A DNA stretch of 64,000 nt. It comes from the human T2T-CHM13v2.0 reference genome, Homo sapiens. The stretch is from NCBI RefSeq assembly GCF_009914755.1, contig NC_060932.1, one strand, 5' to 3'. Shown here piece by piece: positions 29,657 to 43,073 of this stretch. The notes beneath the pieces are model-generated. The model saw only the letters and a list, made by a program, of their open reading frames with translations, was not told the origin of the DNA and searched no databases. Within the stretch, counting starts at the first letter, position 1; each line of letters starts with the position of its first letter. The position numbers and the translations under genes were made by a program.

Positions 29657-30045
29657 GGTGTGCTGGTTCATTTGTGCCTCCAGATCTGTTTTCTGTCCTA
29701 TGAGCCTTAAGAGATCAACACCTCTGGGGGAGCTGTGCCACCCAGGCTCCCTTGTCCTCAGGTTTTACATTGAGTATGACTGAAAGGGACAGCAGCAACA
29801 GGAGAGAGACCAAGGTGTTTCTTCCCTGTCCTGGTCCTGCCTGAACACTGCAGCTCCTGCTAATCATCCCCTCCATGTTCTTGTTAGGTTTCTTAACACT
29901 ATTTCCTCTCTTTGTTCCTTGAGTCCTAGAGGTGGAAACAGCTTCACACTGTTCCTAGTCTCTGGGAGCATCAGCATCCTTTATTGATTTCCTTAACCCC
30001 AACCACATGGCTATGGGTAGGTCCTTTATTAAAAGCTTTTTCTAG
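29657..30045 (+). mobile_element. LTR33-like ERVL solo LTR
   Basis: gtcctagaggtggaaacagcttc...ctagtctctggg...ccttaaccc...cctttattaaa matches the recalled LTR33 3' end. Confidence 0.65.
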
Positions 30046-30259
30046 AACCTTACTAACATACCAGACCTAGTCCATTTTCAGGCCCTTCAGTAACTGAATA
30101 AAGATGATCACTTTTCCTTCGGGGCATGAGTCCAACCCAATTTTCTCATTTCTATACTGATTTACAGACAACCGGTCAATGTTCTTGAGGCTCCACCCAC
30201 ATGATTTCTTTCCCTTGGTCCTGACACTCAGCTTCTTCCTGAATCTCTCTAAAATTGTT

Positions 30260-31560
<1,301 letters not shown>

Positions 31561-31710
31561 GTTTTCCTTCCCTATTGCCCTGTACTGAGATCTGACCCTT
31601 CCATTGCCTTTGCTTGCTTTGAGGGTATTTCCAGTGGTTATCCCTAAGCTTTCCTCTCCCCTTACTTTGCTCAGAGTCTTCATTACTTTTTAAAAACCTG
31701 GCTTTCTTTT

Positions 31711-31915
31711 ATTTATTATACTTTAAGTTCTGAGGTACATGTGCAGAATGTGTAGGTTTGTTACATAGGTATACACTTGCCATGGTGGTTTGCTGCATCC
31801 ATCAACCCGTCATCTACATTAGGTATTTCTCCTAATGCTATCCCTCCCCTAGCCCCCACCCCATGACAGGCCCCAGCCTGTGATGTTCCCTGCCCTGTGT
31901 CCATGTGTTCTCACA
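31711..31915 (-). mobile_element. L1PA (PA7/8-like), 5'-truncated ~205-bp insertion
   Basis: ttattatactttaagttctgaggtacatgtgcagaa...ctgtgtccatgtgttctca; TSD tggctttctttt at 31699-31710 and 31916-31927. Confidence 0.93.
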
Positions 31916-33064
31916 TGGCTTTCTTTTAAAATACCTTAATAATCTTTTCCAGAATGTCTAAGTTTTAATTTCCTTGTAATGTCAATCATTGACATAACCA
32001 ACTTGCCTCATCAATCCAGAATTCCTATTCTTCTTACCCACCACCAACTTCCACCTCTGGGCTGACATTGAACGCCTGCCTTCCAAGGCCCAAGAAGCAA
32101 CCATTTCCCCATATAAATGTAATTCAAGTTCAGTTCCCGACTCCAGCCAAGGTGGTGACCCCCAAGTCCCCTTTGACGTTTGAGTAGGGATTATTTTCAG
32201 TAAGCTGTAGCCAGATGAGTAAAGATAAATGTTCCCACCTGGAGGTGAAATCAATCATTTATTTAGCAAGTGAAGGGGTCCTGCTTGGAGAGTAAAACAT
32301 GATGGAAAGAAACAGCATCTTCTGCTAAGAGCAGGTGTACCTAAGCTTACAAATACTCCCATCCCCTTTCCCATTGAGTTTGCAACCCTTTCCCAAGGCC
32401 CAGGAAAAATCTAAATCAACCTTCCTTCAGCCAAAGCCAAATCCCTGCCAAGACAGTGACAAACATGTTCATGGGCCAAAGCTAAGTCTTCAGCTCTGCT
32501 TTTCTCATCAGCTACACCTGTGGCTGAGCCCTTGATCTCTCCCCAGTGACAGCAACCAGCTAAGGAACACACAGGACTCATTAGGAACTGGACATCAGTG
32601 TTCTCTTTCCTTGTTGGCCAATACCTCTTATTCACTTCACTTTGGTTCAACATACATTCACTGAACACCTATTATGTGCCAGGTTCTGTGAATAGCTCTT
32701 CGCATACAAAAAATATGAGCAAAGTTACCTCTGCATTTAAAGAGATAACTGTTTGGAGGGGAATAAAGATGTACACTATGTCATCATAATATATTGTGAT
32801 AAGTAGTGTATTCTAAATGCTAGAGGGATATATGTGAGGAAGCAATAAATCCTTCCTAGGATGATTACAAGTGAGGGAGGGAACATTAGGGAAAAGTAAA
32901 AGGAGGGATGGAATGAAGAGTATGGCAAAGGAAACAGGAAACAAATGTGCTGTGGCTGGAGCCTGGGGCTTCATTTGCCATGGTGAGGAATGAGCTTCAG
33001 TCTGTAAGCACAGAGGAGCGCTGAGCGTAGTCAGTCTCAGTTTATAATCCTTAGACCATGGAAT

Positions 33065-33345
33065 GGAGCCACTCAAAGTGTGGTCCACAGACCGCAGCCA
33101 CAGATACCAACCCACCAAAGTAAGTAGCAGAATTGAAAATGAGCCTTTAGAAACTTCACAATGACATGACATTCAAGCACGTGATCAGTGGGCTCATAGC
33201 AGGATGCAGACCAGGTCGAGTGTGGTCACACTTCTTGGGTGAGTCTCACGTGGTTTGAGCTGGGAGCCAGTATTGATTAGTGGCAGATTGAAATTTTGAA
33301 AAAATATGTAAAGATTGTCCATAGGTAACTCGAGAAGCACTGTTG
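33065..33345. mobile_element. Probable old hAT-Charlie MITE (family uncertain)
   Basis: Termini actcaaagtgtggtcc... and ...gagaagcactg resemble MER5/MER117-type ends. Confidence 0.45.
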
Positions 33346-33508
33346 CAGAGGTTTCTCAGTTGGACTTCAAAATGTCCTTGGCATCATATGTAAATGTAAA
33401 ATTGTGTTTGTGTGTTCTTTCTTTCTCAAAAGACAGCCCATAGCTTTCATCAGATTCTCACACAGACACCTGACCAAATATTTTAAGAGCCTTAGAGATC
33501 ATCAAGAA

Positions 33509-33768
33509 CACGGTGGCTCACGCCTGTAATCTCAAGACCAAGGCGGGTGGATTGCCTGAGGTCAGGAGTTAGAGACCAGCCTGGCTAACATGGTGAAAAC
33601 TTGTCTCTACTAAATAAAAAAATTAGCTGGGCATGGTGGTGGATGCCTGTAGTCCTAGCTACTTGGGAGGCTGAGTCAGGAGAATCACTTCAACCTGGGA
33701 GGTGGAGGTTACAGTGAGCCGAGATGGTGCCACTGCACTCCAGCCTGGGCAACAGAGTGAAAAAAAAG
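33509..33768 (+). mobile_element. Alu, AluS-like, with 5', internal and 3' deletions
   Basis: cggtggctcacgcctgtaatc...cctgaggtcaggag...cagcctgggcaacagagtga then A run. Confidence 0.93.
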
Positions 33769-34164
33769 ATTTCTTCTTTTCTTAGAACCTCCTGGACTCT
33801 AAGAGTAAGGAATAGCCCACACACAAGTGGACAGGAGTTTCATCCAGCCCTTATTCAGCAGATAACGCTGCTACCACAGCTACCTAGACATCACGCCACA
33901 TGAAGACTACCATGGAATATCCTCTACACAACTGCACTCAGAAGAGAGCACAGTTGCAAGATGCTCTTCCCTGGAAAAACAGCAGAAAGTCCACTTGGAA
34001 AACATTGATCCCAAAGAATTCAATCCAACAATATTTATTGAGCACCTAGTATAAAGGACACTATACTAGGTAAGTGGGATCACTCAGAGAACAAATAAGG
34101 GAGGGTGGACCTGCCCCCAAGGGGATGGCATTCCTGGGAGCTATATTCTAATTCACAGTGTTAC

Positions 34165-34545
34165 TTAGAGGTGATCTTGGTTTGAATTTCTCCAGAATAG
34201 GGTTGAGTGCAAATCGTGATCCCAGGAAACACCACGAGTGGTGTGGAGAAGTGAAACATGGAAAAAAAGGCAGATCAAGAAGGGTGCATCATCAGGGCAG
34301 TTTTCACTGGAGCTTAATTCTACTAGGGACTCCAGAAGTCAATGTAGACCAGCACCTCTGAATTATCGCAACTAAGGACAAAGGAGATAGTTATTTACAC
34401 ACCAGCATGCACCAACCATTAGAAAGGGCTGCTGAGCATGCAGGTAATTGGAGCTCCGGCCTTACCCAGCAGAGATTGAACAGTCATTCACTACAATGGT
34501 AAATTCCAAGGAGATATGGGCAGAGCCTGGATAATATTTGCTATA
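34165..34545 (-). mobile_element. LTR16-like ERVL LTR
   Basis: ttgagtgcaa...gtgatcccaggaaacacc...tggagaagtga...ggagatatgggcag. Confidence 0.55.
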
Positions 34546-34709
34546 GGGTTCTAAACCTTTGAATGCCTAATCCGTTCATTTGTTCACTTATTCATTCATC
34601 CATTTAGTCATCATCCATTTAATATGTCTCCTCTGCCAGGCAAAGGAAACTGGCATTATGTAAACACAGAACTTTAGAAAGGAAACTGACCTCAGGACTA
34701 TTTAATCTG

Positions 34710-34875
34710 AAATGGGATATGCATAAAAATCACTTGAGGAGCTATTTGAAAATGCAGATTGTTGGGCCTGACCTACAGAAGTTTTAACAGATATGCAATA
34801 GATACAGCATGGGTCCCGGGAATTTGCGTTTTACCAAGCACCCCAGTAATCCTTGGACTACACTTTAAGAAACTT
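34710..34875. mobile_element. MER5A-type MITE
   Basis: aatcacttgaggagct...aaaatgcagatt...gaatttgcgttttaccaagc...cactttaagaa. Confidence 0.7.
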
Positions 34876-36454
34876 AGAATCTAATTCCAATTCTTTCCAT
34901 TTATAAATAAAGAAAATAAAAATCATAATGATAATAATAACAGTTGTATAGTTATAAGGTTTTCATGCCTTTTTGTGCCTTTGCTTTCACTCTGCCAAGA
35001 TCTTTCTTCCCTTATCTTTTGGTTGCTTATCAAATTATTACTTATCCTGAAAGACCCAGTTCTGGCATCTCTACCTCTGAGGAATTTAATAACACATCTC
35101 TTTGCTTACTAAACTCCCATTACATACGTTTATTGTAGCTACCACCATATTTCCTTATAATTATTTTCATATATGCCTATATCCTCCACTAAAAGTTTTG
35201 AGATTAAGGTTTGTGACTCACTCACCTTTCATCTCCAATAACTGGCTTAAATGCTTCCTTCATCCCAAGAAATTAGATCTGATTGAGTAACCTGAATCAT
35301 AGGACTTTATACCCACCAGAGAGCACAGGACATGACTTCCATTAGCTGTTCCAAAACTTGAGTAGCATAACCAATTTTACAGCCATGAGGGGTGCAGGAG
35401 GAGACACGATGATTGAAAATCATCTGGACTCCATGGAAGCTCCCTACAGGAAAAGTGACATGCTGTCACTGGAAAAAAGAGGCAAAACTCTTGAAAAGCA
35501 GCAGCTGTCTACGAAACTGTTCTGCCACTTATAAAGTGAGACCATCAAAGAATTTTTCAATCCATAAAGTTTTGTATGAATCTAAGTATCAAGCTGTCTT
35601 CATGTTTCCTTTCCAAAGAAACTAGATGTAGCATTACCAGGGTGGTGAGAACAAGGAGGGAGCTACAGAAGAAGCCGTCTGAAACATTTTTTCCATGGGT
35701 GGAAGGTTGCAATGCTTTAGAGCACATTAAAAAAAATTGTAAAAATCCAGATTGGGCTGCTACCCACCCAACTATAAAACTGTCAACACCATGATATCAC
35801 TTATAGTAACTTTTGAAATATCATTTATAATTGTCTATATAGGCTGGCCAGTTTCTTTTTATACTACTAGTTCCAAGGTTTTATCATTTATCTTTCATAT
35901 TTGAAGTTTCTTTGGAATACCTAACAAGTGCCATAGTGGGTAAAAAGAAAATCCAGTTAATTCTCAGAAGATTACACATAGGGAAGAGTTAATTCTCAAA
36001 AGATTGCACACAGGTAAGAGCCTGTAGCTGCTGCTTTGCCTTCCTTTCCTCATAATATGTGCTTGTCACGCTCTGTCTTAATTATCCTGTGAAGGGTGGG
36101 ACTCCCAGGTGGAAATAGGCAACACAGAAAATACTATAAAATAAGGTCTTACCTCTCTTCCTTTTCTGAACACTGGGATCTTAAAGAAAAAATGTTACTT
36201 AGTCCTAATATGTTCAAGCCATTCCCTGAGAACAGACACTTTGTCTCTCTGGTTTCCTTGTTATATCACCAGTTTCTTACATAGTCTCTGAAACATAGAA
36301 GGCACATATTAAATATATGAATAAAAAAATGGGTTAACAATTTCTAAAAGAGTTCTATTCTTTCTTTACAAAATGATTAAGAACGAGAAGCATTCTACAA
36401 AGTTAACGAACTTCAAGTAATCAAGAGCAGCTATAATATAAAACTCTACAGAAC

Positions 36455-36502
36455 CATACACACACACACACGCGCGTGCGCACACACACACACACACACA
36501 CG
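36455..36502. repeat. Compound (CA)n-(CG/TG)-(CA)n microsatellite
   Basis: catacacacacacacacgcgcgtgcgcacacacacacacacacacacg. Confidence 0.95.
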
Positions 36503-36543
36503 ATACAGATGCAGCTCTAGGATGACTGGTAAACCACTTAGGG

Positions 36544-37044
36544 CAGGCGTCCCCAGACCTGGTCTGTGGCCTGTTAGGAACCAGTCTGCACAGCAGGAGG
36601 TGAGCACAGGGCAGGGCAAGTGAGCAAATCTTCATTTGTATTTACACAGCCCCCTTGCTCTCATTACCGCCTGAGCTCCACCTCCTGTCAGATCAGCGGT
36701 ATTAGATTCTCATAGGAGCAGGGACTCTATTGTGAACTGTGCATGTGAGAGATCTAGATTGTGTGCTCCTTATGAGAATCTAATGCCTGATGATCTGTCA
36801 CTGTCTCCCATCACCCCCAGATGGGACCCACAAGTTCAGGACTCCCACTGATTCTACATGGTGGTGAGTTGTATAATTATTTCATTCTATATTACAGTGT
36901 AATAATAATAGAAATAAAGTACACAATAAATGCAATGTGCTTGAATCATCCTGAAACCATCCCCCTTCCCAACACCCCGCAATCTGTGGAAAAATTGTCT
37001 TCCATAAAACCAGTCCCTGGTGCCAAAAAGTTTGGGGACCACTG
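36544..37044. mobile_element. MER1A hAT-Charlie element
   Basis: caggcgtcccc...ggcctgttaggaac...cctcctgtcagatcagc...ccctggtgccaaaaagtttggggaccactg; ~500 bp with TIR-like ends. Confidence 0.92.
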
Positions 37045-37344
37045 TTCACGAAATCTTAACTAGGAAGGAAGGTAACATGTGGTGGATATGCATGTCTGTC
37101 ATCTTCTAATCTATCGTGATCTTCTCTGCTGGTCTGGGTGCCATGCTACCTCTCACAGGCCAAGTGAGACAGGTCACCCACCACCTTGAATCAGAACTGA
37201 CTGCAATGTGCATTGATGAAACTTCCCAGATAATAATCTTGTCACAGTTCAAAATTTAGTCTTTTTCTAAAATGAGTAACTTGCTCTTTGGAGAAAATTT
37301 ATTATTAAATGGAAATAAATAAAGATAGGAAAAGCACTATTTAT

Positions 37345-38075
37345 TTGTTCTTTTGTTCGCTCAACAAATAGTTCTGAGGACTGTTCTAAGAACAGTCCTC
37401 AGATTAGGATATCTTATTTTCTGCTGTATCCCTAGCAGTTAGAATAGCCCTCAGAATTAATGAATAATTAATAGATCTACTCATCTATTCTAATGGATTA
37501 AAAACTCTGTCCCCAGGGAGCTTATATTCTAGTGGGAAAAGGGGGCAATAAACCAGTAAACAAATCCAGGTGTAACTAGGGCTAGGAGGACAAATCCTGA
37601 ACTTTAAAAGGCTTGGGTCAATTTAATAAAGGGTCCATGGGGGAGGCCCTTCTACTTAGTTGACACGTAGACAGAAAACTGAAGGAAGTCACAGCTAGCT
37701 GAGCTAATTTCCAGGAAAAAGCATTTCAGCCAGTGGGAACAGTAAACACACAGGTCCAGAGGCAGGAGAGTTTCTGACACACTTGAGAACCACATAGGGG
37801 GCCAGAGTGACTGGAAGTTAGAGGCAAAGTGACTAGAGATCAGTGGGGGAAAGTGGGGGCTCCTAGGCCACTGGAAGGACTTTGGAATTTACTGTAATAG
37901 AGACCAAAAGCTGCAGGAGGATTTGGAGCTACAGGATGATCTCATTTTATCTTTAAGATAATCACTTTTGAAGTTATACAACTAAGAGATTGTAGAGGCC
38001 AAAGGCAGAGACAGGGCTTCCAGTTTGAAAGCTATCAGCATAGTCCAGACGAAAGGGCAATCGTGGCTTGGACCA
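37345..38075 (-). mobile_element. L2 fragments
   Basis: tcaacaaatagttctgag...ggagcttatattctagtggg...ggaaggactttggaattt. Confidence 0.6.
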
Positions 38076-38467
38076 TGGGGCAGCAGGGAAAAATTAAACT
38101 TGGAAATGCACATAAAGCACTTGGCACAGTGTCTGGGACAAAGGAAATCTTTGATACCCACAGCTGCTATTATTAATACTGTTATTATCCTATTTTACTG
38201 CATGCCAAGAACTGGAGATACAAATCTCACAAGTGGATCATTGGCCTTCTGGGCCTGAATGAGCCTGCCACTTGGTCTCCCTTATAGAATTCTTAGATAT
38301 GATTTTGGTTGATTAGAAAACTGCTTGATAGTAACCTGGTACTGACAACATTCTTGGAAAGGATGAGGTCCTAGTGTTTCTAACACAAATCAGGCACAGG
38401 AACCCTAAGGATCTGCAGTTTTTCTTCTGGGCTGTGTGTTTGTGTGTGTGAGTTAGTGTGTGGGTTC

Positions 38468-38858
38468 TGTCTTAGGCAACTCGAGCTGCTGTCAAAAAAT
38501 ACCATAGGCTGGGTAGTTTAAACAACAGACATTCATATTCTCAGTTCTAGAGGCTAGAAGTCCCAGATCAAGGTGCCTTCAGATTCTTTTTCTGGTGAAG
38601 ACTCTCTTCTGGCCCGTGAAAGGCCAGCATCTCACTGTGCACTCACAGTCTCTCCTAGGTGCATTTGCACAGGGAGAAAGAGAGGAAAGCCAGCTCTCAG
38701 GTGTCTCTTTTAATAGGAGTATTAACCCCATCATGGGGGCCCAACCCTCATAATCTCATCTAGACCTAGTTATTTTCCAAAGATCTCATCTCCAAATACC
38801 ACCATATTGTGGGTTAGAGTTTCAACATGTAACTATAGACACAATTTCGTTCATAGCA
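38468..38858 (-). mobile_element. MLT1A-like MaLR solo LTR
   Basis: tgtcttagg...aaataccataggctgggt...ttctagaggctagaagtcc...ttcatagca; flanks ggttc/ggtgc. Confidence 0.88.
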
Positions 38859-39949
38859 GGTGCGTATATCCAGCCAAGGACTGTCACGAACACCCAGTAA
38901 CTAGCGACACCTGCTTCTATATGCGCTTGCCTTTGCCGGTGCTACCATCATCCCTGACTTCTCTGTCCCCTTTCCACCTGTGGAAATCCATGGAGTTTCA
39001 CTCTCCACACACCTCATTATCCATTTGCCAGACTTGCTAATTTAGACCTGGATAGCCGGAGAAACAATCCACTGCCCTTTCCCACTTCTCCTTGACTTCT
39101 TAGTTGCCCCGTTAAGGTGGCGATGTGGTTCTACCTATCCACTGATTCACTTTGATGTCTTCCAAATGTTCTCATAAGTGTTAGAGAACCCATCTGGGGT
39201 CAGGAGAAAGCTCTCTGGGTTGAGGTTGTTTAACTGCATGTCATCTGCAATTAAGGAAGATTGATGACTTGCAGAAGTACTTGCTGGAAGTTAAGGGTCT
39301 CTGGCTCTGGGTGGGGTGGGAGAATGGTGTTCCTTTTAATCTGCCCATCTTTTTCAAGCAAGTTCTCTTCCCTCCCCCCCACCCCCCACCCTGAGCTTTC
39401 TAAAGGCCGTCACCCTTGTGAGCATGTTTGTTTGTTTGCTTGTTCTGCAGCAAGTCTTGCATGGAGCCTTTGAGACACACCATGAAATGGGAATGAATAC
39501 AGAATGAATCTATATAGTACTCCTCTCTGAAGCCAGCTTCCAGCACCCATCTAAAAGCAGAGAGGAGGAGAATGCAATCATCAGACGACAGAATGGGATT
39601 CATCTATTAATTGTGACATTGCAGCTGGGGAATTGTGAAATATCACGAGATTTGAGTCAAAAATAACTGAGCTGCAGTCCTGGTTTTATTCTGCAATCTT
39701 TTAGCTGAGTGATTTTTATTACTTGAGACACCTTGAGTCTCGGTTTCCTGATCTCTTTCACAGATCTTCATATGCTCTTCGTGTGCACGCAGTGCATTGG
39801 TGCAGGATTCCATGCGCAGCGTGTGAGGTGGTATCAGTAGGCTGGTGGGCGGTCTTATCCAGGGGGACGCCACAGCAGTCTGTCAGCACTGGCTGGCTGC
39901 TTGGACTTCAGGCTTATATACTCCTCTACTTGGTTCTCAGTAGTGACAA

Positions 39950-40190
39950 CATCAAATTTGTTATCAAAATTGTCCCCACAAAGAAGACTTCAGGTTTTAT
40001 TGCTAAATTCTATCAAATATTTAGGAAAGAAAAAAATCAACCTTACAGAAACTCTCCCAAAAAACACAAGAGGAATAAATATCACCCCACCCCCACCCCC
40101 AACTCATGCTATAAGGTCAGAGTAACTCTGCTACTAAAACCTGAAAAGAATGTGTAAGAAACTGTAATACACACCAGTGTTCCTCATGAA
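39950..40190 (+). mobile_element. Decayed L1 ORF2 fragment
   Basis: Translation VIKIVPTKKTSGFIAKFYQIFRKE...PNSCYKVRVTLLLKPEK resembles ORF2p [23 protein letters not shown]...PNSFYEASITLIPKP. Confidence 0.8.
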
Positions 40191-41263
40191 CTGGCTGTAA
40201 ATGTATGGGTCAAGCTATTAGTCCCTTTCACAGGTGGGGAAAGTAAAGTGTAGAGGAGATACAGAACCTTCCCAAAGGCAAATAGTTAACAAGTGGCTGG
40301 TCTAAAATATAAACCTGGGTCTCTCAGACTACAGAATGCTTGCTCTTAACCAGTATGTTAGCAGGGCCCTCCTTCTACTCTGATGCTTAGTGAACAAGCT
40401 TGAGTCCAAAGGAATAATTCCTAAAATTTGACCTTGGAAAGGTGAATGAGGGAGGTGGCCTTCTTAGGCCATGCAAGGGACAGCCTCCTGAACTTCACCA
40501 TGGAGGCTCCCTCCCCTATTTTAACTCCTGACCTTCAAAGTCACTTTATGTTCCCCTGCCTGGTGGGCACTTGCTCACCACCAAAAGCTACACACTCTGC
40601 TTTAAGATCCACAGTACCAGCTCAGTTAAAACCGCCAAAGTCACAGTTGTTTGAGTTTTAATCCCCCAGAGGCACATATGTTCTAGAAAGACCCAGCTTA
40701 AAGCCAAATAAATACTGAGGCGGTTTGACACGTGGCCAGTGCACGTCTTGCTCATTAATGAAATGGAGCCCTGCAAGCAGAGAAACGGGTGTGAGCAATT
40801 AAGTAGAAGCAGCAGGAGTCCCAGGCCCATGGCACCCTTCCCAGCCTGGCCCCTCATCTACTCTTCAGCAATCTCCCTTGAACCTCAGAGGGAGAAGGGA
40901 GGGATACTGGCTGAGGCTTCTGGGGCTTATTTCACAGACTTGCCCTTTTGTCCAGAAGTCTGTTCCCTGGTTGGCAGCCCCAACCCAGACCTGAGCCCAG
41001 GAAAGGAAAGACTCTTATCTGCTCTACCCAAGTCTGAGGCAGTCCCTCCCAAGAACAGCTTTCTACCCTCAACCACATAAACTTCACAACATATCAGAAG
41101 TGACTTCGAATTAGTAACCCCCAGCTCCAAAAGCCAGCCTCATTTATCCACTCACAGGCAGAGGTGAGAGGGCACTTCTTTTATACCAAGACTAGAAATT
41201 GTTCCTAGAAGATGAGCCCCCTGAAATCTAAAACCAGAAGGGAATATCAAACAAAATACCACT

Positions 41264-41300
41264 GAGATCCTTCACCTCCTTGGTTAGGTATATTCCCAAG
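41264..41300 (-). mobile_element. Short inverted L1 ORF2 piece at the 5' end of the L1PB insertion
   Basis: Minus strand encodes [12 protein letters not shown], the ORF2p RT-region KYLGI..T..VKDL motif. Confidence 0.8.
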
Positions 41301-42084
41301 TTACAAATGTCTAACAAACATATGAAAAAATGTTCAAAATCACTAATTATAAGGGAAATGCAAATTAAAACCACAATGAGATACCACCTTACTCCTGCAA
41401 GAATGGCCATAATTTAAAAATTTAAAAATTACAGATGTGGGCCTGGATGTGGTGAAAAGGGAACACTTTTATGCTGCTGATGGGAAAGTAAACTAATACA
41501 ACCACTACGGAAAGCAGTATGGAGATTCCTTAAAGAACAAAAAGTAGAACTACCGTTTGATCCAGCAACCCCACTACTGGGTATCTATCCAGAGGAAAAG
41601 AAGTCGTTATATGAAAAAGACACCTGCACAAGCATGTTTATAGCAGCACAATTCATAATTGCAAAAATATGGAACCAGCCGAAATGCCCATCAACCAATG
41701 AGTGGATAAAGAAAATGTGGTATATATACACCATGGAATACTACTCAGCCATAAAAAGGAACAAAATAATGGCATTCACAGCAACCTGGATGGAGTTGGA
41801 GACCACTATTCTAAGTGAAATAACTCAGGAATTGAAAACCAAACATTGTATGTTCTCGCTTGTAAGTGGGAGCTAAGCTATGAGGACACAAAGGCATAAG
41901 AATGATATAATGGATTCTGGGGACTTGTCAGGAAGGATGGGTGGGGACTGAGAGATAAAAGACTCCACATTGGCTACAATGTACATGCTCGGGTGCACCA
42001 AAATCTCAGAAATTACCACTAAAGAACTTATCCATATAACCAAAAACACCTGTTCCTCAAAAACTATTAAAATTTAAAAAAAAA
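41301..42084 (+). mobile_element. L1PB-like, 5'-truncated (ORF2 C-terminus plus 3' UTR)
   Basis: ORF 41634-41876 (MFIAAQFIIAKIWNQPKCPS..EWIKKMWYIYTMEYYSAIK) is ORF2p C-terminal sequence; 3' UTR gagctaagctatgagga; A tail; cactgag on both sides. Confidence 0.95.
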
Positions 42085-42541
42085 CACTGAGTATCCATGG
42101 AATTCTACAAGATCCCAGGAAAAACTTTTCATTCACTTATGTATTCCTCTTATAAGCATTTACTAAGGACTCATGCTAGAGCTTTCTCCAAGCCTTTAAC
42201 TTACCTTTGTATCAATTCTTAGAAAGCACCCCTTTCCTCAGGCAGGCGCAGCCCAGCACAAAGGCTTGGCCAGAGGAATTGGAACTCACTCCCTAGTACC
42301 TAAGAATCTCATTCTACCACCCTCCCCATCCTAGGCAATCCTAAGCAGCTGCGTCACCCTCCAGCCACTTTACAATGGAAAGCATTTGAGCCTAAAACAC
42401 CTAATCAAACAGCAAAGGCAGAACCTCATACACCCACATTAGCAGTTCATTGAGAAAGTATTGAGGAACTTCAGAGAAAAGAATATCATGAGGTTGGAAT
42501 TTAATAACAAGTTGAACAGAAGAAATAGGAACTCAACTGGA

Positions 42542-43073
42542 TATGGTAACCAGCCTCCAAGAAGGCCACCACTGATTCCTCCCTCCTGGTTTTCAATGAC
42601 CTTTGTAGTCCCCCTCCTCATTGAACAGGGCTGACTTTTGTTGTCAATAGGACACGCAGAAATGATGCAGTGTGACTTTCAAGGCTAGGTCATAAAGGAT
42701 ATTAAGGCCTCTGTATCACTCTTTCTGAATTCACTCACTCTGGGAAAAGCCAGCTAACCTACTGTGTCAGGAGGACATTTAAGCAGCTCTCAGAGAGGCT
42801 CACATGGCCGGGAACTGAGGCTTCCCACCAACAGCACATGAGGGTGCCATCATGGAAGGGAATTCTCCTGCCCCAGGCAAGTCTTCAGAGGACTGCAGCC
42901 CTCACCACATCCTGGTTGTCCTGACTGCTACCTCAGGAGAGACCCTGAGCCAGGGCAACAAAGCTGAGCCACTCCCAAATTTCTGACCCAAAGAAACTGT
43001 GAGACAATAAGTACTTATTTTAACTAGCTAAGCTTTTTGATAATTTGTCGCATAGCAATGGGTAACTAATGCA
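42542..43073 (+). mobile_element. MLT1F-like MaLR solo LTR
   Basis: tatggtaaccagcctccaaga...ggaactgagg...gaccctgagccag...taactaatgca; perfect 5-bp TSD ctgga at 42537-42541 and 43074-43078. Confidence 0.9.

Noticed and set aside
41634-41876. 80-aa ORF with recognisable protein similarity
   Set aside because: C-terminus of L1 ORF2p in a truncated L1PB
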